The notes under the pieces were generated by a model, which ran no database searches, was not told the DNA's origin, and was given only the letters and a program-made list of their open reading frames with translations. DNA of 62,183 nt, counting the filler. It is 8 parts of 8 records of this genome, joined end to end, with 100 filler letters (N's around TTAATTAATTAA, not from the genome) between each part and the next. Parts side by side here need not be neighbours in the genome. Positions count along the whole stretch, not along the records: positions 49,705 to 55,895 come from SRR31147125_19082; positions 55,996 to 62,183 come from SRR31147125_19094; 6 more parts are not named here. One strand, 5' to 3'. Positions 52,701-61,239 of the stretch are shown here, in pieces; the stretch's first letter is position 1; each line of letters begins with the position of its first letter. The translations under genes were made by a program, and so were the position numbers.

Positions 52701-54211
52701 TAAACGATACAGATAATTCATTAGATGCGAAATATGATATGTTAAAAGTGCTAGCTGTGCACAAATCTGGAAGAATAAACAACACTGCTGTAACTAGTTC
52801 AGAGAGCTCTGGAAGTGTTAGCGTTGATTTAACTGGAAAATTAGATGGATTCTATGGAGAGGCGAGTGTAGTAAAACAACATGTTATTGATACAATACCA
52901 CCTGTAATAATGGATGGTGTAGGAGACTATTCAATAACTAAAACATATGAAAATGGTGAAGCTATATCGGCAGGAGAAAGTGCTAAGTATAATACTTATT
53001 ATACTGGCGATCAATTTACAGTTAAGTATAAATATTATGATTTTAACCCTTCATATAGGAATGGAGATTATTCGATTACTTTATCAAATTTGAATAACCC
53101 TCAAACTGTAGAAGGAATTCCTAATGATACATCAGAAAAAGTAGATTTAACAGAGGAATTAATTTTTGAAGTTACGAGTTATACTATGACAATGTCAGCA
53201 GACTTAGCAAGTGGAAGTCATACCGTGACGGTAACAGCTACGGATATAGCTGGAAATGTTTCTGACCCATTTGAGCTGGCAACGATTTCACATGGTGGGA
53301 AACTGGAAACTGGAGTTGAAATTAAATTGATATCGGATGTTGAAACTAGTGATTATTCAACTATCCATGGAAAAATTGAAGCATCAGTTAAAGCTAGTAG
53401 CACTAAAAAATTAGCAAAAGACTATGTATATGTGCAGGTTACTTCACCGACAGGAATAAGCATCAATGGAGGGGTGGCAGGAAAAAAAACAAAAATCAAT
53501 ATACCAAATGGCAATACTGTCATATATTTGAGCGACCTTTCCTTGGCAATGGTAAACGAAAATGCAGAGAATGACCCTGTTGCTGATTCAGCAATTTCAA
53601 AAGTTAATGGAAGTTCAATATCACAATTAAGTGATGTCGAAATTTATGTTGATACTTTAGTTGGTGATGGAGATGCAACAGGTGAAATAGAAGTTAAGTA
53701 TGAAGATACTGATATATATAAAGTTACCTTTGATTTTTCAAATTTAGAAGATGTATCAGGTGTTTATAATATTAGAGTTAACGATATAAAAGTAAATAAT
53801 ACTTCAGCAACTAAATTATACTATGGAAGTACAGCAACATCAATTGGAGATGAGTATATTACTTACCCAGTTAATTTTTTAAATAGTGATTTTGCTTTCC
53901 AGAATCCGATAACTAATTTAGCTGATAAGGAATCAGGTTTTGATGTAGTAATATACTTAGATGTATCGGAAAGTAAGAAGTTTATAGGTTCGAAAGTTAA
54001 GTTTGAAGTTGAAGTTTTAGATGGAGTTAAAAACAACTCTAGTGATTCTGGATCTATTGAATACGAAACTACCTTCCCAAAACAAAATCTTACAATAAAA
54101 GGGCAAGTAGAAAATAGTAATAGACAAAAAACAAGTAAGATAAAAGTAGTAGGAGATGGAAGTGGATCTAAATTTGATATTCAAAGTGTAATTGAATCGG
54201 GAAAAGATTAG
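49706..54211 (+). CDS. Large extracellular protein (>1500 aa, 5'-truncated): end of a choice-of-anchor L domain, PA14 domain, Ig-like/beta-rich stalk
   Basis: Frame open from contig start. DGFTTVL..IRIVIGDASDQIYDSNVFLKANSF; PA14-like YWGYLKVAEDGDYYFGMTSDDG..YFNWGG; DTIPPVI and TVTATDIAGNVS; acidic and Thr/Ser/Asn-rich. Confidence 0.75.
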   Translation, partial: KGGKGGKGGNNSYTAPYNTEMDGFTTVLKAIAPIEKGKWNTIRIVIGDASDQIYDSNVFLKANSFKAIADPEQPIKPTITISEDGWVDGEIEISVDYYDAEIKKVFYNDAWHNYTGSFKVTNSQWIYAEGQNTNSENVVKTSERVQEYVGSADLTKISIDVEDGIGAVVSETIVTTNDDSIYQTSKNLKGMSFVDISGSSNAASQNMTLYYQFMKDTQTIDEGNWSLVDINYESTDDVETDSPGNLTYKVYNVEHIPGVNDGVAQSTVNEYWSNRAEVFKNPFSGVGTMSTRVAEAPNSSNYGSWINIPDEEITQLYTNNKKTITKRWENRTVFLENMWIDNDYRASMKYWGYLKVAEDGDYYFGMTSDDGNMAYIMINGKKHILADSFQLQGSTFSTENEKLSLSRDVYYPIYFEYFNWGGSADFRLYYAKNSESSFQLTESNSTVVPSKWFYPSKSTYPGETAEGLFHGTDTIEMPNEDGIYYIASKADVDGSTEVSGVVGPFEVKEYNSLAVSRSVVDSVVDEETGKYNATLEENITIRYTVTPKKWLNSDGHKGMDITDIKFEEVLPEGMSFVSTTSDIIINNSGVIQGTIQDITYTLNDETGYYEPSVAKVTFDIVVKTTVGGDLALDDSELIYLDIDNTTQNTANFDNLNFKSELNYTIAITPESPSDSSPYFTVYTDSNGDLKVRITGTVEATGYELAKITYDINNISGGDVDAGEGVVGTDFIQTETETTVDGKTVTTYTVDYEFILNYSLFDSAGKYNLTIGAYNKNDNYKSMTIQSITLKGLLFDSIAITNLSNKALFDELGITDGNYSGTYATLDNISGESGIYVNDGDYISLTITYHSGANISVNDLVFAGYTVIEEPTLSNGAFSGPFILKKNTGSTDLSITSIVAGNLTIPTTQNNWDNASTVSGDEYADFGDYTDANRTYNSVAYFKANGSLEITKSSDNSGILKYIVLYKNNDVANIVTGDTAVDNNYYYRVLDTTTDFTISINDTDNSLDAKYDMLKVLAVHKSGRINNTAVTSSESSGSVSVDLTGKLDGFYGEASVVKQHVIDTIPPVIMDGVGDYSITKTYENGEAISAGESAKYNTYYTGDQFTVKYKYYDFNPSYRNGDYSITLSNLNNPQTVEGIPNDTSEKVDLTEELIFEVTSYTMTMSADLASGSHTVTVTATDIAGNVSDPFELATISHGGKLETGVEIKLISDVETSDYSTIHGKIEASVKASSTKKLAKDYVYVQVTSPTGISINGGVAGKKTKINIPNGNTVIYLSDLSLAMVNENAENDPVADSAISKVNGSSISQLSDVEIYVDTLVGDGDATGEIEVKYEDTDIYKVTFDFSNLEDVSGVYNIRVNDIKVNNTSATKLYYGSTATSIGDEYITYPVNFLNSDFAFQNPITNLADKESGFDVVIYLDVSESKKFIGSKVKFEVEVLDGVKNNSSDSGSIEYETTFPKQNLTIKGQVENSNRQKTSKIKVVGDGSGSKFDIQSVIESGKD

Positions 54212-54270
54212 AGAATAAAGAAATAGGCAAAAGCCCAATGCCATTAAGTTAAAAAGTAAATATTTTTATG

Positions 54271-54305
54271 AAACAGAGTATGATAAATTCATGCTCTGTT
54301 TTTTT
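54271..54305 (+). terminator. Intrinsic terminator
   Basis: AAACAGAGTATGA-taaat-TCATGCTCTGTTT plus a T tract. Confidence 0.8.
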
Positions 54306-54390
54306 AGTTCTTTGTTGTTTTTATTTGACATCTATTTAATAGTTTGCGGGGTAGTCCTTAAAAAGTAATCAATTTTTAAGGAGGCTACAA

Positions 54391-54480
54391 ATGAATAACT
54401 ATGCTCAATTTGTTAAAAATAATTTAGAAAATTTTATTGAAGAACTGGAAAGGAAATCAGAGGTTTACCCAAGAACCTAA
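54391..54480 (+). CDS. Candidate 29-aa small ORF or gene remnant
   Basis: AAGGAGG 6 nt before the ATG. Translation MNNYAQFVKNNLENFIEELERKSEVYPRT. Confidence 0.35.
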   Translation: MNNYAQFVKNNLENFIEELERKSEVYPRT

Positions 54481-54550
54481 TAGGTTAATTCATAATGCTA
54501 TGAAAAGTAAGGAAAACAAACAATCCCTCAATTAGAAAGAGAGGTAGTTT

Positions 54551-55309
54551 TTATATTGTTTTTCGGATAATTTTAGCTATAAATTTTTTACTTAAAAACT
54601 TCTCAATAAAAATTAGAAATTTATTATAAGTTCCATGAACAGCAAGTGTTTTATTGTTTTCAACACTCTCAAAGATAGTCTTGGCAACCTCTTTAGAATT
54701 TGGTAACTTTCCTCTAAAAAAGCTAGGTTTTCCCATATTTGCAGTAGCTTGAAATTCTGATTTGGTTGCTCCTGGACAAAATGCAATTACACTGACATTG
54801 CTATTAGCTAACTCCTCATTTAGAGCAATACTCAAATGGAGTACATATGATTTAGTAGCAGCATATGTTGCCATATATGGCACAGGTTGAAACGCTGCCG
54901 TGGAAGCGATGTTGATTATTTTACCTTCATTTCTAAACTTCATATCAATTAGGAATAATCTGCATAGATTAGTTAAGGTAAGGATGTTTAATTTAATCAT
55001 ATCCGCTTCTTTTTCATAATTGATTTCCTCAAAATTTCCGAAAGTTCCAAAACCAGCATTGTTAATAAGTATATCTATTTTTTTACTCTCTAATTTACCA
55101 TATAATTCTTTTGCACTATCCTCTTTAGATAGATCAATAACGAAGTAGTCGACGCTTATATTGTAGTTTTTTTCTAATAAACTCTTTTGTTCACTTAATA
55201 GCTGCTCTCGCCTAGCAACCAAAATTAAATTACAATTGTTTTGAGCGTACACTTTTGCGAGATCTTTTCCTATTCCGCTTGATGCACCAGTTATCAATAC
55301 TGTTTTCAT
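54551..55309 (-). CDS. SDR family oxidoreductase (DltE-like)
   Basis: Motifs TGASSGIG, NNAG, NIAS and YAATK. Confidence 0.93.
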   Translation of the reverse strand: MKTVLITGASSGIGKDLAKVYAQNNCNLILVARREQLLSEQKSLLEKNYNISVDYFVIDLSKEDSAKELYGKLESKKIDILINNAGFGTFGNFEEINYEKEADMIKLNILTLTNLCRLFLIDMKFRNEGKIINIASTAAFQPVPYMATYAATKSYVLHLSIALNEELANSNVSVIAFCPGATKSEFQATANMGKPSFFRGKLPNSKEVAKTIFESVENNKTLAVHGTYNKFLIFIEKFLSKKFIAKIIRKTI

Positions 55310-55392
55310 ATATCCACACCTCTTTTGATTAATTATGTACTTAATTAAATTGTAACAGAAAATAGCAGTAATTTCATCTACTAAAAATAAAA

Positions 55393-55417
55393 CAAACCCT
55401 CAAATTGTGAGGGTTTG
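55393..55417 (-). terminator. Intrinsic terminator after typA
   Basis: CAAACCCTCA-caatt-TGAGGGTTTG followed by a T-rich tail on the minus strand. Confidence 0.75.
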
Positions 55418-55432
55418 CATATATTAAAATTT

Positions 55433-55894
55433 TTATAATGAATTATTTCTACTTCTTTTTCTCAAGTTAGCATTAAGAACTTTCTTTCTCATTCTAATGT
55501 TTTCAGGAGTGATTTCAAGTAGTTCATCATCTGCGATATACTCAAGAGCTTGCTCTAGAGAGAATAATCTAGGTGGTTGCATCTTAGTACTTTCATCTGA
55601 TCCAGATGATCTCATATTTGTAAGCTTCTTACCTTTACATGCATTTACTACAAGGTCATTTTCTCTTGAATGTTCTCCAACGATCATTCCTTCATATACT
55701 TCTACACCTGCACCGATGAACATTGTACCTCTGTCCTTTAATGCGTGAAGTCCGTATGCAATACTTGTACCATTTTCGATAGCTACAAGTACTCCTCTAG
55801 TTCTAGAAGGGATAGTTCCTTTGTAGAATTCATATTCGTAGAATGAGTGGTTTAATACTCCTGTTCCTTTTGTATCTGTTAAGAATTCATTTCT
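55433..55894 (-). CDS. typA: Translational GTPase TypA/BipA, C-terminal part
   Basis: RNEFLTDTKGTG, VYEGMIVGEHSRENDL, KKLTNMR and LEQALEYI.DDELLEITP. Confidence 0.93.
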   Translation of the reverse strand, partial: RNEFLTDTKGTGVLNHSFYEYEFYKGTIPSRTRGVLVAIENGTSIAYGLHALKDRGTMFIGAGVEVYEGMIVGEHSRENDLVVNACKGKKLTNMRSSGSDESTKMQPPRLFSLEQALEYIADDELLEITPENIRMRKKVLNANLRKRSRNNSL

Positions 55895-55895
55895 G

Positions 55896-55995
55896 NNNNN
55901 NNNNNNNNNNNNNNNNNNNNNNNNNNNNNNNNNNNNNNNTTAATTAATTAANNNNNNNNNNNNNNNNNNNNNNNNNNNNNNNNNNNNNNNNNNNN
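55896..55995. other. Artificial contig spacer
   Basis: N44-TTAATTAATTAA-N44. Confidence 0.99.
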
Positions 55996-56403
55996 AGACG
56001 CGAAATCCTTTGTATAACGCGTTCCTTTTGCTGTTGTATCCCAACTATTGCTTATTATTTTGCTGGTATGTTCTTCTTTCCATTTGCGTCTTCGTACATG
56101 AAGGAAAACAGCGCGTTTGCGTATCGGAAAATCCTGAATGCTCACTGCTGAATAAAAACCCTTTGAAACAAGTTTTATATGTTTATGAGAGGAAGGAGGA
56201 TTGTTTAATTCATCAAGATAAACATCAATCGATTTAACACTAAACTTTACTTCGGTAATGTCAAAATATCTGAATAAATCTTCAGGTAGAAGGGCTTCTA
56301 CCAAGGCCTTATATTGCTCTTGTTGCGTTGTCATTTTTACTTCAAATAAATTAAACAGCAAAGATGAAATAATTTTTTCTCCACCTACTTTTCAAGGAGA
56401 GCC
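55996..56403 (-). mobile_element. Left part of an ISAon1/ISL3-like insertion sequence (transposase N-terminal ORF from 56334)
   Basis: LLPEDLFRYF, SKGFY..IQDFPIR..VFLHVRRRKW and GTRYTKDFA. Candidate terminal repeat GGCTCTCCTTGAAAAGTAG begins at 56403 next to an A/T run. Confidence 0.75.
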
Positions 56404-56766
56404 ATTTTTTGTAATACTCAGATATATTCTCCAACATCGGAACCTCTTTGTTTATAAAGGTTTTGAAAGGTGAAGTCGTCTGTTTTAGGTTCTTTAATTT
56501 GAGTTCAAGTCCATGTAGCACTTCCAAAAGTTGAAAAGTCAGAAAAGGACACTTTTATGTAGAATAATGGCAAAAATAAATCAAAAACATTAACTTTCCA
56601 CTCATAAAAATGAACCATTAATTGATTGACTAACTATGTGATATAAACTGAACAAATCTAAACATTATAACAAAATAAATTTCGATTTTATTTTAATGTA
56701 TTGATATACAGATGATTGGTTCGCTTAGCCCGTTTTCATACTAAAATCTTGTTTCTGCCAAAATAA

Positions 56767-58986
56767 ATGATAAATAGAATAAAAAATACGCTAATATTCA
56801 TTTTTATTACAATGTCCACATGGGCTCAGAATATTGATAGTGCCAACTATGCGTATAACTATTCTCTTAAAGAATTATCTGAACTTAAGATACTTACTGG
56901 TTCGCTGAAAGCTGAAAAAATTGAAACAGCCCCATCTAATATTACAATAATTACTGAACAAATGATCGAAGAGCGAGGTTATCAAACGCTTGTCGATATT
57001 TGTCAGGATATCCCGGGCTTTGATTTTATGATGTTTAACGATGGAAGTGGAAATTATCCTACCTATAACATGAACAGAGGATTGGGCGAAGTGGGTAATC
57101 CTGAGATTCTGATAATGATAGATGGTATTATTCAGAATAATATAAGCTTTAATTGGTCGCTATTGTGGACTTACGAAAATATGCTTATTGATGTTGAACG
57201 CATTGAAATAATCCAAGGGCCAGGCTCGGTAATGTATGGAGCTCAGGCTTTTACAGGAGTAATTCATATTATAACAAAAAAGAATTTTACCGGAGCCAAT
57301 GTACAGTCGTTTTATGGAGCCAATAACACTTATGGCGGAGATGTTCATATTGGAGCAAAACTAAATGATGATATTAACCTTTCAATAGCTTTTCATAAAT
57401 ACCACACCGATGGGGATGGTGGTTTAAACAGGCACGATCCGGGTGGATATTTTTCAGGAAATAAGTATCCTGCAAAAATTCTGGCTGATTATAACAGTAA
57501 TGGAGAATTTATACAAGACACACCAAATCGTTTAAGTGAACAGCCCATTCCTAGCGGATTCTATAATGAAAATAACAGCTACGCCATACGAACTAAACTT
57601 GCATATAAGAATACTGAATTTGGGTTTTTTCTCTCGGAGCTGGTAAATGGGTATGGTTCTTATATTGTTCCTTATGAGTATGAACTTACAGATGAGGACT
57701 GCAAAAATCACTATAAATCGTATTCTTTATTCGCCAGTAATAAAACAAATTTGAATGAAAAAATAAGCTTAAAATCAGATGCTGTATTTCGTGCAACCCA
57801 CATAATACCAAGTGGTGGATTTAAGTATTTGTATCGCTTCCCTGAACTGGCAAAAAAATATGCAGCTTATGCATACCAGGGTTATATTGAAGAAAAATTG
57901 AATTATGAGTTTAATGAAAAAACTGATTTTTCATTTGGTATAAAAGCATCAATTAGCCAAAAAAGTGAATGGATAATATCTCTGGGAAGTAATCCTGATT
58001 CGCGTACATCCACAAATTCATCATGGGACATTGCATCAAGTGGAAATGGAATAAATAAATTTAAAGAATATCCTACATTTTGGGTAAAAGAGGCTGCTGC
58101 TTATGCTCTGTGGGATAACAAATGGTTCAAATACTTTTCAAGTTCTGTTGGTTTACGTTACGATTATAGCTCTGAATTTGGAAGTATTATCAATCCACGT
58201 TTGGCAATTGATTATTATCGCGGCTCAATATTTGGAGCCAAATTTATGTATGGAACGGCATTCCGACAGCCCGGAATTTTTGAACTAACAAGTGAGTTTA
58301 GGGGCAATCCCAACTTATTGCCACAGGAGATACAAACAGCAGAACTTGAATTAAACAGCCTTTTTCATGACGATAAAATAGCTTTAAAAGCAAATATTTT
58401 TTATTCGAAAATAGACCAACTTATTGGGAAGGTGGAAGACAGTAGCATGCCTTCGGGCGAACGATTAGAAAATATAAATGAAATGACAGTTTCAGGAGGA
58501 GCATTGTATTTATCAACCCAACTTCATGAAAATGCTCGTCTTTATTCAAATTATAGTTATTTAATCGGATTATCAGATTCAACAGGGAGTTATGAAATTG
58601 AACGTACTGCAAAGCACAAAATAAATGCGGGTATTAATATGAGTTTTTTAGACCATAAACTAATTGCCGATTTTAGGTTGAACTTTGTTGGCAAAAGAAA
58701 AGCTCAATCAACAAATACCTTATTGCAGATGTACGAAAAAGGATACGCACCTTCCTACACAAAAGCAAATTTTGTTTTATCGTATAAGTTTGCACAATAC
58801 TTTACTACTCAGTTAATTGTTAACAACGTGTTTAATAAACAATTTTATGGTGTAGGACGAGAAACCGGGTCAGGATTTATCGATGATTACGATTTTCAAA
58901 ATAATATAAATCCGGATGGATTTATTCCATCATATCATCCACAGCCAGGAAGAACTTACATGGTAAAACTAATTTTTAAAATGTGA
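56767..58986 (+). CDS. TonB-dependent receptor, copy 1
   Basis: Signal peptide; plug APSNITIIT, IPGF and IERIEIIQGPGSVMYG; barrel GLRYDY, YGTAFRQP and GRTY. Confidence 0.9.
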   Translation: MINRIKNTLIFIFITMSTWAQNIDSANYAYNYSLKELSELKILTGSLKAEKIETAPSNITIITEQMIEERGYQTLVDICQDIPGFDFMMFNDGSGNYPTYNMNRGLGEVGNPEILIMIDGIIQNNISFNWSLLWTYENMLIDVERIEIIQGPGSVMYGAQAFTGVIHIITKKNFTGANVQSFYGANNTYGGDVHIGAKLNDDINLSIAFHKYHTDGDGGLNRHDPGGYFSGNKYPAKILADYNSNGEFIQDTPNRLSEQPIPSGFYNENNSYAIRTKLAYKNTEFGFFLSELVNGYGSYIVPYEYELTDEDCKNHYKSYSLFASNKTNLNEKISLKSDAVFRATHIIPSGGFKYLYRFPELAKKYAAYAYQGYIEEKLNYEFNEKTDFSFGIKASISQKSEWIISLGSNPDSRTSTNSSWDIASSGNGINKFKEYPTFWVKEAAAYALWDNKWFKYFSSSVGLRYDYSSEFGSIINPRLAIDYYRGSIFGAKFMYGTAFRQPGIFELTSEFRGNPNLLPQEIQTAELELNSLFHDDKIALKANIFYSKIDQLIGKVEDSSMPSGERLENINEMTVSGGALYLSTQLHENARLYSNYSYLIGLSDSTGSYEIERTAKHKINAGINMSFLDHKLIADFRLNFVGKRKAQSTNTLLQMYEKGYAPSYTKANFVLSYKFAQYFTTQLIVNNVFNKQFYGVGRETGSGFIDDYDFQNNINPDGFIPSYHPQPGRTYMVKLIFKM

Positions 58987-59012
58987 TACAGACTTTGATA
59001 TAGAAACGATAA

Positions 59013-61235
59013 ATGATTAAGAAAGCATACATATTTATATTCATCTTTTTATTTATGATGCTATCTGTTTGTGCACAAAAACCAGATAGTACAAAGTCTA
59101 TTTACAGTTATTCTCTAAAAGAGTTGTCGGAGCTTTCTGCTATAACAGGTTCGTTGAAAGAGGAAAATATGAAAAGTGCACCTTCCAATATTACAATTAT
59201 CACCAAACAAATGATTGAAGAGCGCGGATACGAAACCTTAGTTGATATCTGCCAGGATATTCCCGGGTTTGATTTTATGATGTACAACGACGGCAGTGGA
59301 GAATATTCGACATACAATATGAACAGAGGTGTTGGCGACATTGGCAATCCTGAGATTCTGATTATGGTTGATGGGATTGTGCAAAATAACATAAGTTTTA
59401 ACTGGTCGTTATTGTGGACCTACGAAAATATGTTTATTGATATTGAACGTATAGAAATTATTCAAGGACCCGGCTCTGTAATGTATGGCGCACAAGCATT
59501 TTCCGGAATTATTCATATAATTTCGAAAAACAAGTTTGAAGGCGTTACTGCAAAAACATCGTTGGGTTCAAACAATACTTCGGTTTTTGATATTCATTTT
59601 GGGAAAAAGTTTGGGGAAGATACACACGCATCTGTTGCTTTTCATGCTTATAATACACTGGGCGATTATGGTTTAAACCGATACGATCCGGGCAGTTATT
59701 TTCATAATAATAAATACCCTGAGACAATTCTGGCAGATTACAATAGTCAGGGGAAATACCTTGAAAATATTGAGAACTCACTTGGAGGGAAAAATATTCC
59801 CGATGGTTTTAATACCGAAAATAGTAGTTATGCATTAAGAGCAAAAGCATCTCATAAAAATAGTGAAATTGGTTTTTTCTATTCGGAATTTAATCGAGGG
59901 TATTCATCGGCTAATGTGCATTACGAATACAATATTTCGAATAAAAAGAGTAAAGCTCGGTACAAATCATACCACTCGTACTTTACAAATAGCACTACTT
60001 TATCTAAGAAATTAAAGCTTAAATCAGATGTAATTTTTAGAGGAACCCATATACTCCCTGATGCAGGTTTCAGATACCTCTATCAATTCCCGGATTTAAC
60101 CAAAAATTATGCTGCTTATTCATATCAGGGTAATATTGAAGAAAAACTGCTTTACGAATTAAGTTCAAAAGATATATTTTATGTTGGACTAAAAGCAACA
60201 ATTAGCCAGAAAAGCGAACGTATTGTTTCGTTGGGCGATTACTCCAATTCACGAACTACTTCTATTTCATCGTGGGACATTGCACAAAGTGGAGGAGGTA
60301 TAAATAAAGAAAAAGAATACCCATTATTTACCGAAAAAGAAACTGCTATTTATGTTTTATATGACAAAGAATGGTCTAGGAAGCTTTCAAGTTCATTCGG
60401 ATTACGGTACGATTACAGTACCGAATTTGGAAGTATATTGAATCCAAGAATAGCTGTTGATTATAATCCGGAGCCTTTTTTAGGAGTTAAGTTTTTATAT
60501 GGAACTGCTTTTAGGCAACCCGGTATATTTGAACTAACCAGTGAGTTTAGAGGAAATCCTGATTTGGTACCAGAGAGAGTAAAAACAACAGAACTTGAAT
60601 TAAATAGCTTGTTGTTTGGCGATAAATTATCGGTAAAAGCAAATGTGTTTTATTCTAAAATAAATCAGTTTATTGGGAAGGTTCCAGACCCGGACATGCC
60701 TGCCGGAGAACGTTACGAAAACCTTGATGACTTAGGAGTAGCAGGAGTTTCTGTTTTTCTGTCGAGCCAGTTGAGTGAAAATATTTTGTTTTATTCGAAT
60801 TACAATTATTTGGCTGGGACTGATGATTTTGGAGATTTTTATGAGATTGAACGCACCGCTGCGCATAAAATTAATGCAGGAGTAAATGTCAAATTCTTAT
60901 CGAATAAACTTACTACCGATTTCAGAATAAACTATGTGGGAAAAAGAAAGGCGCAAACTACAAACACTTGGCTCAATACATACCAAAATGGGTATGCACC
61001 TTCATACTTAAAAGCCAACTTTGTTATTTCTTACAAATTAGCACAATATTTTACAGCTCAATGTATTGTAAAAAACATGTTTAATGAGCAGTTTTATGGC
61101 ATGGGAAGGGAAACCGGTTCGGGCTTTATCGACGATTACGATTATAAAAACAATAGTAATCCCGATGGACATATTCCGGCATATCATCCTCAACCGGGCA
61201 GAACATTTATGTTAAACCTTATTTTTAAATACTGA
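59013..61235 (+). CDS. TonB-dependent receptor, copy 2 (paralogue of copy 1)
   Basis: Same motifs, with long identical blocks such as LVDICQDIPGFDFM, QNNISFNWSLLWTYENM and GRETGSGFIDDYD. Confidence 0.9.
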   Translation: MIKKAYIFIFIFLFMMLSVCAQKPDSTKSIYSYSLKELSELSAITGSLKEENMKSAPSNITIITKQMIEERGYETLVDICQDIPGFDFMMYNDGSGEYSTYNMNRGVGDIGNPEILIMVDGIVQNNISFNWSLLWTYENMFIDIERIEIIQGPGSVMYGAQAFSGIIHIISKNKFEGVTAKTSLGSNNTSVFDIHFGKKFGEDTHASVAFHAYNTLGDYGLNRYDPGSYFHNNKYPETILADYNSQGKYLENIENSLGGKNIPDGFNTENSSYALRAKASHKNSEIGFFYSEFNRGYSSANVHYEYNISNKKSKARYKSYHSYFTNSTTLSKKLKLKSDVIFRGTHILPDAGFRYLYQFPDLTKNYAAYSYQGNIEEKLLYELSSKDIFYVGLKATISQKSERIVSLGDYSNSRTTSISSWDIAQSGGGINKEKEYPLFTEKETAIYVLYDKEWSRKLSSSFGLRYDYSTEFGSILNPRIAVDYNPEPFLGVKFLYGTAFRQPGIFELTSEFRGNPDLVPERVKTTELELNSLLFGDKLSVKANVFYSKINQFIGKVPDPDMPAGERYENLDDLGVAGVSVFLSSQLSENILFYSNYNYLAGTDDFGDFYEIERTAAHKINAGVNVKFLSNKLTTDFRINYVGKRKAQTTNTWLNTYQNGYAPSYLKANFVISYKLAQYFTAQCIVKNMFNEQFYGMGRETGSGFIDDYDYKNNSNPDGHIPAYHPQPGRTFMLNLIFKY

Positions 61236-61239
61236 AATT

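Noticed and set aside
56404-56560. Short open frame (LLEVLHGLELKLKN...YYKK) running into the IS end
   Set aside because: No convincing start or recognisable motif. It may be an interrupted remnant, but that cannot be supported.
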